64,000 nt of DNA from a virus. Taxonomy: Duplodnaviria; Heunggongvirae; Uroviricota; Caudoviricetes. Below are positions 47,667 through 55,941 of this stretch, in pieces. The position numbers and the translations under genes were made by a program. The stretch covers positions 56,990 to 120,989 of the IMG/VR virus record IMGVR_UViG_3300009095_001812. One strand, given 5' to 3'. A model generated the notes under the pieces. It was not told the DNA's origin. It saw nothing but the letters and a program-made list of their open reading frames with translations, and searched no databases. Positions within the stretch are counted from its first letter, which is position 1. Each line of letters starts with the position of its first letter.

Positions 47667-48535
47667 AGATTTTTTATGGTTCTGGAAATTATATAGGCTC
47701 AAACATTACCACTTCTAGATTTCTGAACAATGTGCGGAATCATGAAGTACGTGTCGCTGCCCATTATCAGAACCATAGATTTCTTCGTTCATTTGATTGG
47801 TGCCTTGATGCATTGTATCAGGTAAAATTTGGATCTCATAATTATTTCAAGAAACACCATGGTGTTTCTGGTCCTCATGTTGATCATGATATTGCGGACA
47901 TGGTTGTCACCGACTTATTAGAGTGGGGACCAGATCTTGTTATCTCAGATTGTGAGTTTTTCACAGCAATGATTGCAAAGGTTCTTGAAGTACCTCTTTG
48001 GTACTGCTCTCCTATGCTTCAGCTTGTTGGTTTGGAGAGAGAGAGAAAAGAAATCTATGCTAAAGCATTTGAGAGATTTAGAGTATATTTTGATAGGCTT
48101 CCTATAGGTGATAGTTATTTTATCTACTCCCCTTTGTGTGATGTACAGGGAAGGCCTCATATCAAACAAGGTTTTGAGTGGGTTAGGCCGTATGCGATAA
48201 AACCTGATGCATTTACTTCAGAAGATATTGATTTCTCCATTGTTGAGAAGGCAATACCCAAGAGTTGTTTGCTAACAACTGGCGAAACTTCTTTTGTTTC
48301 AGACTGTCTTTACTCAGGTAAATTTATGTTCGTATCTCCTAACCCAAAAGAAATTGAGCAAAATCTTAATGCTCAATTTTTAGAATGGTACGGTTTAGGT
48401 AAAAACATTGGAAGATCCAATTCTTTGAGTTTTGTAAAAAAGCTTGTCGAGAAACCTCATCCTAAACCGATGTTATCAGTGCAGAACTGGAAGCTGCTTG
48501 ATGAGAAAATAGATGTTTATAAAAACGGAAAATAA
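47663..48535 (+). CDS. Degenerate GT1-like (MJ1255/VC2487-type) glycosyltransferase
   Basis: MKIFYG, DLVISDCE..TA.IA..L.VP, G..S..S.CL..GK and EQ.LNA..LE..GLG motifs. Confidence 0.6.
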   Translation: MKIFYGSGNYIGSNITTSRFLNNVRNHEVRVAAHYQNHRFLRSFDWCLDALYQVKFGSHNYFKKHHGVSGPHVDHDIADMVVTDLLEWGPDLVISDCEFFTAMIAKVLEVPLWYCSPMLQLVGLERERKEIYAKAFERFRVYFDRLPIGDSYFIYSPLCDVQGRPHIKQGFEWVRPYAIKPDAFTSEDIDFSIVEKAIPKSCLLTTGETSFVSDCLYSGKFMFVSPNPKEIEQNLNAQFLEWYGLGKNIGRSNSLSFVKKLVEKPHPKPMLSVQNWKLLDEKIDVYKNGK

Positions 48536-49133
48536 ACGAGTATGTTTTGATATAGGAAATGTGCTTTGTCATGTGGATTTTGAAAACTTCTTCAACTTTC
48601 TCGTAGAGCAAGATATTGTCAAAGATCATGAAACAGCCATTGAATTTTTAAGTGGAATTCAACATCCTCAAGATCTTGGTTTGTACAATATAAGACAAGG
48701 ATTTTACAGATTCTATCCACATATAAACAAACAAACTCTTCATGAGTTACATGACATATGGGACTCTGTTGTAGAACCATCTGATTCTATGCTTGGTCTT
48801 TTAGATGATCTTTTATCTAAAGGTTATGAGATTGCCATACTATCAAATATAGGTTTTGATCACTCATCTATTCTTCGGCATAGATGTGAAGTGTTTAAAA
48901 ACTGTCATCAGCATTTCTCTTGTGAGGTTGGAGCAAGAAAACCAACAAAACTATTTTATCAAAGTTTTTTACTTCAGTTTGGGTGGCCATCTAATGTTTT
49001 GTTCTTTGATGATATAGAAGAGAATGTAAAGGGAGCGAGTGGATATCTTAGTGGTGTTCTCTTTAACTTAAATAATTTTGAAAATGATGACATTGCAGCA
49101 AACTTTGTTAAAGAACGCCTAGAAGCAAAATAG
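48513..49133 (+). CDS. HAD-superfamily hydrolase (YihX-like)
   Basis: FDIGNVL, ILSN, SCEVGARKP and FFDD..ENV motifs. Confidence 0.85.
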   Translation: MFIKTENKRVCFDIGNVLCHVDFENFFNFLVEQDIVKDHETAIEFLSGIQHPQDLGLYNIRQGFYRFYPHINKQTLHELHDIWDSVVEPSDSMLGLLDDLLSKGYEIAILSNIGFDHSSILRHRCEVFKNCHQHFSCEVGARKPTKLFYQSFLLQFGWPSNVLFFDDIEENVKGASGYLSGVLFNLNNFENDDIAANFVKERLEAK

Positions 49134-49158
49134 CCGATATATTCCAGTAGGGTGCTTT

Positions 49159-49434
49159 ATGCATGATTCAAAAGATTCAAAAGTAGTAGACCTTGAAGCT
49201 TGGAAGTCTAAGCGAAAAACAAAGCAAAAATCCTATTGGAGAGTTATGACTGATATCACACGTCACAAAACACTAACCGTTAAAGAAGTTCTTGAGTACG
49301 TTGCCTTTGCTATTTGGACAAAAGATTTACCAGATGAATTTGATGGTGAAATTACATGCGAAATGAATGACGATGGTTCTGTTGACGTATATGCAATCGA
49401 AAAAGATACATCAGTGGAGACGCCTCTAAATTAG
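49159..49434 (+). CDS. Hypothetical protein
   Basis: ORF between HAD and oxygenase genes. Confidence 0.55.
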   Translation: MHDSKDSKVVDLEAWKSKRKTKQKSYWRVMTDITRHKTLTVKEVLEYVAFAIWTKDLPDEFDGEITCEMNDDGSVDVYAIEKDTSVETPLN

Positions 49435-49447
49435 AAAGAAATTATAT

Positions 49448-50083
49448 ATGCTTTTCAACAGAGATGATTATGATAAACTGAGTACACTATTTGATCCGGA
49501 GCTTAAATATGCTGGATTTAAGCCTGATGTATTTGAAAGACCAAATGGTAATGGTGGTGTGGATTATGAGAAAAAGTATTTGCATATTGCCTTGAAATAC
49601 AATCCACCAGATTTTGCAATCAACTATTTGGCACGGGCTCATTTTGAGGCGTGCAAGGTTGCAGAGAGTTTAAAACTCGGTAATGTATATCCTAAAGTTG
49701 AAAATGGAACTCTTAGAGTTCTTGAATATCCAGCTGGGGCTGGTACAGAAGTTCATTGCGATTTCGATCTTTTTACAATCAACTGCTATAGAGAGACCCC
49801 TGAGGATTGTGAAGAGTTTATAGAGACTTGGCAGCCAATGCAGAGACAAATGCATATGGGTGAAATAGGAAGGCTTTTTAATTTGGGTCCAGCTACCCCG
49901 CACAGGGTTCAGGGAAAACCATACATACAAAGATCAATAGTTTATTTTGCAAGTCCTTCTTTAGATACCCCACTACTTTCGGAATACAAGTTTCCAAGCA
50001 CTGATCAGGATCCGGAAGTTATCGTTAGAACAACTGGGGAGTGGCAAATGGAAAGAGTCAAAAGATCGCGTACGTATTCTTGA
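49448..50083 (+). CDS. 2-oxoglutarate/Fe(II)-dependent oxygenase (IPNS-like)
   Basis: LRVLEYP, HCDFDLFT (HxD), TPHRV (distal H) and RSIVYF (RxS) motifs. Confidence 0.8.
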   Translation: MLFNRDDYDKLSTLFDPELKYAGFKPDVFERPNGNGGVDYEKKYLHIALKYNPPDFAINYLARAHFEACKVAESLKLGNVYPKVENGTLRVLEYPAGAGTEVHCDFDLFTINCYRETPEDCEEFIETWQPMQRQMHMGEIGRLFNLGPATPHRVQGKPYIQRSIVYFASPSLDTPLLSEYKFPSTDQDPEVIVRTTGEWQMERVKRSRTYS

Positions 50084-50113
50084 TATCGAAAATATTCATC
50101 TGCGTAAGATTCT

Positions 50114-50145
50114 AAGTCGAGGATTTTCCTCGACTTTTCTTTTTT
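50114..50145 (+). terminator. Probable intrinsic terminator
   Basis: AAGTCGAGG-ATTTT-CCTCGACTT 9-bp stem followed by TTCTTTTTT. Confidence 0.65.
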
Positions 50146-50148
50146 ACT

Positions 50149-50343
50149 GTGAGTGTTGATGATGTCAAAGAGCAGGTCATAGAACTTGCTCGCGAAGGTT
50201 TTCTCTTGCCTTTATGCCCTTGCTGTGGTATCGTCCTGAGCATTGAGGAAGAAGCATTACTTGAAAAATGTATCTCATGTAATTCGAAGTTCAAGTTTGA
50301 GCTGATTCCTTGGACAATAGCTAGTTCATTTCCAGATGCATAA
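50149..50343 (+). CDS. Small zinc-ribbon protein
   Basis: CPCC...CISC motifs; GTG start. Confidence 0.45.
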   Translation: MSVDDVKEQVIELAREGFLLPLCPCCGIVLSIEEEALLEKCISCNSKFKFELIPWTIASSFPDA

Positions 50344-50360
50344 GGACATAGACAGTTCCA

Positions 50361-51875
50361 ATGGCGGCAGTTAAAGTAAAGACTGATAAATCTCCAACCA
50401 TTAAAAATTATCAAGTTCCAGCGGAGTGGGTCAAGGATCTAAACTTCTTTGACATGACTGGTTCTAAAGCTAAGACCAAAGGAACTTCAAACAAGTTCTA
50501 TCATATTGAGTTGCAAGAAGCCAATGATGGCAAATGTCAGCTTTATACAGAATACGGGCCCACGGGAACAGTACAGTGTCGTGAGTGGCGATATTTCGCT
50601 GATGATCGAGCCTCTGCGGAGAAAGAGTTCGAGCGCATCGTCAAGTCCAAGACCAAGAAAGGTTACGTCGTCATTGATGTAGCTCAGCGTGCCATCGGAT
50701 CTGCTGAAGCCCAAAAACATGTGAAGGCTGTTCAATTCAAGAATGCCGAAGTAATCGAAACCAAGATTTCCTCCCTAAACCATGCGCAGAAAAGCATCGT
50801 ATCTTTGTTCTTTGATGCGCAGGATACTTTCGTTGCTGAGACCCTAAAATGTCCATTGGGCCAGCTCTCTAATTCTCAAATTGATCTTGGACGAGAAGCA
50901 CTCGATAAAGCCAAGGTCATTGTGAACTCTGCAAAAAAACTTTCTGAAAAGAAGAAGGAAGAACTTGAAGTTCTCACAAATGAGTTCTACGGACTTATCC
51001 CACACAACCTTGGATCTGGAGCACGAGGACAACGAACAGATTTATTGTTGGACACCCTAGATAAGATTGTTGGTAAAGAATCCGATCTTGATACTTTGCT
51101 CGATGCAAAGCAAGTATCTTTGGTTCTCAAAGAAGACTCTACGGTTGATAACAAATACAAATCACTCAATTGTGATTTTGATGAGGTTGATTCCGCATCT
51201 CAGCTCTACCAATTTTTGGTAATGTATTTCAATGATACTAAGGTGAATGGCCACGGATATCAATCATCTAGAGTTTCTAAGATTTGGTCCATGCGAAGAA
51301 AAGATTCCAAGGAGGAATCTTTTCTTGGAAATGCTGAGCGTATTGCAAAGGATGCTGGCAATCATACATTCGCAACGGATACTTCATCTTTGTCAGGTGG
51401 CAAGTCCAAGCTTTGGACCCCAGATAAACGCCCAGACCTTACAAAAGAGCAAGTTGCTCTGTACAACAAAGCCAACGTTTGGCTTTCGTGGCACGGAACA
51501 AGGTCTGCAAACCTCGTTGGTATTACGCGCCGTGGGTTAATGATTCGTCCAGCTGGTGCTGTTCATACAGGTTCTTTATATGGAGATGGAAAATATTTTG
51601 CCTGGCAAAGTACCAAGTCTTTGAATTACTGTGACGGAGGTTATTGGACAGGGGGTCGTAAAAATAATAAAAAATATTTGTTTCTTTTGGATGTAGCATT
51701 TGGAAGAATGCATCAAGCATCGGGTGGTTTTTTCTATCAAAACCCACCAAAAGGATTTCATTCTGTTTATGCTAAAGCAAATAGGTCGGGGGTTCTTAAC
51801 GATGAAATGATTACTTATGATATTGAAGATAAAAACAACCAAAGCAGTATTAGATATCTTCTTGAGATTGTATAA
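50361..51875 (+). CDS. Poly(ADP-ribose) polymerase-like protein: WGR domain, regulatory helical domain, ART catalytic domain
   Basis: NKFYHIELQ...LYTEYGPTG (WGR-like); PLGQLS...LTNEFYGLIPH (regulatory domain); WHGT, LYGDGKYFA and NDEMITY (H-Y-E triad). Confidence 0.88.
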   Translation: MAAVKVKTDKSPTIKNYQVPAEWVKDLNFFDMTGSKAKTKGTSNKFYHIELQEANDGKCQLYTEYGPTGTVQCREWRYFADDRASAEKEFERIVKSKTKKGYVVIDVAQRAIGSAEAQKHVKAVQFKNAEVIETKISSLNHAQKSIVSLFFDAQDTFVAETLKCPLGQLSNSQIDLGREALDKAKVIVNSAKKLSEKKKEELEVLTNEFYGLIPHNLGSGARGQRTDLLLDTLDKIVGKESDLDTLLDAKQVSLVLKEDSTVDNKYKSLNCDFDEVDSASQLYQFLVMYFNDTKVNGHGYQSSRVSKIWSMRRKDSKEESFLGNAERIAKDAGNHTFATDTSSLSGGKSKLWTPDKRPDLTKEQVALYNKANVWLSWHGTRSANLVGITRRGLMIRPAGAVHTGSLYGDGKYFAWQSTKSLNYCDGGYWTGGRKNNKKYLFLLDVAFGRMHQASGGFFYQNPPKGFHSVYAKANRSGVLNDEMITYDIEDKNNQSSIRYLLEIV

Positions 51876-51929
51876 AGCATCTGGCAATATCGTTATAGGA
51901 CCATCTTTAGTTGAAAGTTTTAAATACAA

Positions 51930-52187
51930 ATGAAAATAGTAACGCATAGAGAATTTACTAGAAATTTTCGATATCTAAAAAGAGATATTCTTGATAGTTT
52001 TGGGTTCTATGATTTTGGATTGAACTTCCACTTAATCCAATCTCAAGTAGATAGTTTTGTTAGTCTTGTTCTAGATGTAGAACAAGGTTTAGGTAGGTAT
52101 GGTTTTAATGATTACAAATATGAACTTTTAGATAATCATGGTGGTTTGAATTGGGTTCGTGATAATGAAACATTCTTCAGAATATAA
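51930..52187 (+). CDS. Hypothetical protein
   Basis: Tiled ORF. Confidence 0.45.
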   Translation: MKIVTHREFTRNFRYLKRDILDSFGFYDFGLNFHLIQSQVDSFVSLVLDVEQGLGRYGFNDYKYELLDNHGGLNWVRDNETFFRI

Positions 52188-52410
52188 AGACCTTGCTGAT
52201 CAGGTCGGCAATCTTAAGTACGATGCCTTGGTAGAGTTCTTGGGTTGTTTATCAAACAAGCTGGCGCAAGACGCACAGGCTGATTTAGCTAGGGGCCGCC
52301 CTCTTCTTTCAAAAGCCCTCTTTAATGCAGCTATCAATGTATACCGAACACAGAAAGATATAGCTGATGCCTGGAAGATATCAGAACCATTCATGAAAGA
52401 AAATCAATGA
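52165..52410 (+). CDS. Hypothetical protein
   Basis: Tiled ORF with native codon usage. Confidence 0.55.
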   Translation: MKHSSEYKDLADQVGNLKYDALVEFLGCLSNKLAQDAQADLARGRPLLSKALFNAAINVYRTQKDIADAWKISEPFMKENQ

Positions 52411-52793
52411 GTTTGGAACGTATGTTTCTCAATACTAGCGCTAATATTTTTATTAATAAAGCAGAAGACCGTGCTTTTATGTATGGTATTCTTTTAGAGA
52501 AGCTCAGAAAATCTGAGGCTTCGATGAAAGCTGAAAAAACGCTTTCGTTGATATGTAGTTTCCTTGCTATTTGTGAGATGTTTTTTGGTAATTCAAAAAT
52601 TTCAGTTTACTTCTTGTGTTTTATTTCCATATTAACTTGGTTCATTTATAGAAATACAAATGAAGTGTATCTTACACTTTGCAATATAAGAGACTTATAT
52701 GTTAAAGAGTTTGTAAAAAATGATAAGCTCAATGTAAGAATATCTTTATTGGTCAAAGAGCTTTTGAAAGAAGATCGAGAAGATGACGATTGA
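52407..52793 (+). CDS. Hypothetical membrane protein
   Basis: Two hydrophobic segments. Confidence 0.5.
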   Translation: MSLERMFLNTSANIFINKAEDRAFMYGILLEKLRKSEASMKAEKTLSLICSFLAICEMFFGNSKISVYFLCFISILTWFIYRNTNEVYLTLCNIRDLYVKEFVKNDKLNVRISLLVKELLKEDREDDD

Positions 52794-53535
52794 GAACACA
52801 ATCAACAAAGAATTTTCAAAAGCTAGACGTAGAGGTTGGGATAAGATTTATGTCTTTGTAGATTTTCATGAAGTAATCATTGTACCCGACTATCAATCAA
52901 ATATACCAAAAGTTGAATATTATCCATTTGCAAAAGAACTTTTACAATACCTCACAAACAGAGATGATATTTGTTTGGTTACTTGGACATGCTCGCATCC
53001 TCATCAGATAGATTCTTATCTAAATAAAATGAGTAAGGATGGGATTGTTTTTGATTTTGTCAATTGCAATCCAGAGGTTACAACAGATTCGAAGTATGGC
53101 TTCTACGAAAAGAAACCTTACTACAACATCTTGCTTGATGATAAAGCAGGGGTTGAGCCCGATGAGTTAGAGCATATCCTAAAAGTTTTCTCTAACCAAC
53201 CTTTGTTGAGAACTACATCACAAATTGAAACGTTCAAAATCAATATGTATTGTGGTTCAATTTATACAATCGCACACGCTGTTTATGATGAGCGAAAAAG
53301 ACCAAAGCCGCCGTACAATACACTTAGAGTGAATGAAATCAAAGTCTCGGATTCAAGGCTCAAGATCGAAAAGATTGTCTTTGTTGGAAAGACATTCTAT
53401 CCACACGAATGCTTTGTAATTTGTTCTGGAATGCACTTTACTATCCACGGTAAATGGTCTGGTCCAATCGATCACTCTGTTCAAATTGAACTTGTTGGTG
53501 AGTTAATCGTTGGACCTAGTAGATATTCACTTTGA
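52783..53535 (+). CDS. HAD-like phage protein with extra C-terminal domain
   Basis: VFVDFHEV, WTC and YNILLDDKAG motifs. Confidence 0.65.
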   Translation: MTIENTINKEFSKARRRGWDKIYVFVDFHEVIIVPDYQSNIPKVEYYPFAKELLQYLTNRDDICLVTWTCSHPHQIDSYLNKMSKDGIVFDFVNCNPEVTTDSKYGFYEKKPYYNILLDDKAGVEPDELEHILKVFSNQPLLRTTSQIETFKINMYCGSIYTIAHAVYDERKRPKPPYNTLRVNEIKVSDSRLKIEKIVFVGKTFYPHECFVICSGMHFTIHGKWSGPIDHSVQIELVGELIVGPSRYSL

Positions 53536-53844
53536 TGGAACAACAGAAAGATGTTTAGCAGATACTGTTGCAATCACATCAGCCATATTACAGATAAAGT
53601 ATGTTTCCCCGTCAACCGTAATCGGTTCGGAATGGGATATGTCGAATATCACCTCATCTCCTTTTTTTAGATCACATTCTAAAAACTGACCCTGAACAAA
53701 CTCTCCCTTACCAGCCTCATGTATTTTTCCAAATCTTAAGGCTCCTTCTTTAGCTGTCTGAGGAATAAAAATACCTGATGGTGTTTTATCAGATGGGGAT
53801 AGTGGAATAATGGCTAGATTTCCATTTCTCATTTTTAGGTGCAT
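53527..53844 (-). CDS. groES: Co-chaperonin GroES
   Basis: KTPSGIFIPQTAKE, G.IHEAGKG, KKGDEVIF and DGETYFI...DVIA motifs; CAGGAG RBS. Confidence 0.9.
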   Translation of the reverse strand: MHLKMRNGNLAIIPLSPSDKTPSGIFIPQTAKEGALRFGKIHEAGKGEFVQGQFLECDLKKGDEVIFDISHSEPITVDGETYFICNMADVIATVSAKHLSVVPSK

Positions 53845-53916
53845 AATTTTCTCCTGAAAATTTCATATATCAACATATTGGCTGTCGAGCACGGTTAGAT
53901 TGAGTCGATACACTCT

Positions 53917-54060
53917 ATGTTCACGCAAGGATATACATTCGATGATGTGCTATTGATACCGAAACACAGCGAGGTTTCATCTCGTTCAAGTGTTGATCTG
54001 TCCGTAAAGCTCCCTTACGGACTATCTCTCGACATCCCTTTAATCTTGAGGGGAGGTTGA
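53917..54060 (+). pseudogene. Orphan N-terminal stump of IMPDH/GMP reductase (47 aa)
   Basis: MFTQGYTFDDVLLIPKHSEVSSRSSVDLSVKLPYGLSLDIPLI-LRGG* is the canonical GuaB/GuaC N-terminus, broken just before the xANM motif. Confidence 0.9.
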
Positions 54061-54061
54061 A

Positions 54062-55531
54062 ATGTTGCTTGAATCTGTGAATGGATTAAAAACAACATCT
54101 AAGATCAATGTTTTAGTTAGATGTGATAATTGTGAAGATGAATATAGTATTCAATATAGATCTATTTACATGTCAAGAAACCGTAGAGGTTCTGAAAAGG
54201 ATTTTTGTATTAAATGTGCAAGAAAACTGGCGTCAATAAATAATCGGCGAGGAACTGTTCATGACTCAAATGGATATTCTTATATTCAAAAAGGAACTGA
54301 AAGAATTTTTTTGCATACCAAAGTAGTTGAAGAAAATCTCGGCAGATCTTTAACACAAACTGAAGTAGTTCATCATATAAATGGAGATAAAAAAGATAAT
54401 AATTTTGAGAATTTGCATGTTTTTGAAAATCAAAAACAACATATGCTTTCTCATAATTCTTTAGAAGAATTATCCTTTTATCTTGTAAAGAATAATTATA
54501 TAAAATTTGATTCAAATTCAGCTAGATATTATTTAAATAAATCTAATAATAACTTTGAAAAAAGTTATGGTTTTGAAAATATAGCTATAAAACAAAAAAA
54601 GAATATTTGCAAATCAAGGCTTGATACAAATATAAGATCTGAGTTTGTTAGGGGTATATTTTTGGACGTACCATTAGTTGCTGCTAATATGTCTACGGTT
54701 ATCAATTCAAGCTTCTATTTGAAATTATATGAACTTGGAGCTATTGGAATTTTGCATCGGGCTCAGTCTATAGAATCACTTATAAATGAAGTGAATGTAG
54801 TTAGTAATAAATGTCATATAGTTGCGGCGTCAATAGGGGTTGGTGATAGTTCTTTAGAAGATGCGAAATCTCTTATACAAAATAATTGTAATGTTTTATG
54901 TATAGATATTGCTCATGGATATTCAAATGAGACAATCGAATTGGCAAAAAAAATAAAACAGTACTCTCGAACGACAAAAATTATATTAGGTAATTCTGTA
55001 AATACTGATATTTTGTTAGAGTCTAACGATTATGTTGATGCCATTAAGGTTGGAATAGCTCAAGGGTTTGCTTGTGAAACTAAAAATACCGCTGGTTGCA
55101 CAGAAAAACAATTTTCGGCTGTTTTAAAATTTAAAGATTTGGCACACAAGCTCGGAATGCCAATAATATCAGATGGTGGCATTCGAGAGGCCGCAGATTT
55201 TACAAAAGCTATAGCCGCTGGTGCTTCAAGCGTTATGGCTGGTAAAATATTTGCAGAGTGTGAGGAATCTGCTGGTGAAATAGTGTCTCATAATGATTCT
55301 AATAAAAAACTTTATGCTGGAATGGCTTCTTCTTATGTACAAGAATCATGGAAGGGTGGTTTAAAATTAGGAACTTGTGCCGAAGGTGGAATTAGATACT
55401 TAGAAATATCCGGAAGTGTTAAAGACATGATTGAAAGATATTCTGGAGCTTTAAGATCTGGTATAACTTATGCTGGTGCAGTTGATATAAAATCATTTCA
55501 TAGCAACGTAGAATTTATTGAATTGATATAA
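54062..55531 (+). CDS. Fusion of Zn-finger/HNH endonuclease and CBS-less IMPDH/GMP reductase family enzyme
   Basis: VVHHINGDKKDN..ENL HNH motif; then PLVAANM, IDIAHG, KVGIAQGFACET (catalytic Cys loop), ISDGGI, VMAG, YAGMAS and LRSGITYAG from about 54563. Confidence 0.88.
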   Translation: MLLESVNGLKTTSKINVLVRCDNCEDEYSIQYRSIYMSRNRRGSEKDFCIKCARKLASINNRRGTVHDSNGYSYIQKGTERIFLHTKVVEENLGRSLTQTEVVHHINGDKKDNNFENLHVFENQKQHMLSHNSLEELSFYLVKNNYIKFDSNSARYYLNKSNNNFEKSYGFENIAIKQKKNICKSRLDTNIRSEFVRGIFLDVPLVAANMSTVINSSFYLKLYELGAIGILHRAQSIESLINEVNVVSNKCHIVAASIGVGDSSLEDAKSLIQNNCNVLCIDIAHGYSNETIELAKKIKQYSRTTKIILGNSVNTDILLESNDYVDAIKVGIAQGFACETKNTAGCTEKQFSAVLKFKDLAHKLGMPIISDGGIREAADFTKAIAAGASSVMAGKIFAECEESAGEIVSHNDSNKKLYAGMASSYVQESWKGGLKLGTCAEGGIRYLEISGSVKDMIERYSGALRSGITYAGAVDIKSFHSNVEFIELI

Positions 55532-55538
55532 GGAAAAT

Positions 55539-55937
55539 ATGAAGCTAGTAATCAAAAGAAATAAGTGGGTCAATGGATCTAACGAAGATGACCCACGGGG
55601 TTCAGCAGAGTTGTTAAACTCTGAAGGTAATATGTGTTGCCTTGGTTTTTTTGCAAAAGCCTGTGGGTTCAAATCGAAAGAGATAAAGAATATGTGTACC
55701 CCTGGAAGTTTGTACAATGATAGAACATATTCCGATCAAGCGGAACGTGGTTTCTTAAAGAAAATTGAAAAGACACCATTTAAAGAACTACTCACAAAAG
55801 ATGGTAGAAATTCTCGCCTAGCAAATTCTCTCATAGATATAAATGATAGCTCAACAATGAAAAATGAAACGAGAGAAAAGAAGATTACAGAAAAATTAAC
55901 CAAAATTGGTGTAAAAGTAACATTTCTAGATAAGTAA
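55539..55937 (+). CDS. Hypothetical protein
   Basis: Tiled ORF with MCCLGF motif; AAGGA RBS. Confidence 0.55.
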   Translation: MKLVIKRNKWVNGSNEDDPRGSAELLNSEGNMCCLGFFAKACGFKSKEIKNMCTPGSLYNDRTYSDQAERGFLKKIEKTPFKELLTKDGRNSRLANSLIDINDSSTMKNETREKKITEKLTKIGVKVTFLDK

Positions 55938-55941
55938 GATT

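Noticed and set aside
50050-50160. Possible frameshifted 5' extension of the 50149 Zn-ribbon ORF through a T-run
   Set aside because: No convincing start, and the region is better explained by the terminator hairpin.
53845-53916. Possible tRNA or structured RNA between groES and the guaB stump
   Set aside because: Too short and no cloverleaf. It is explained as a divergent promoter and RBS region.
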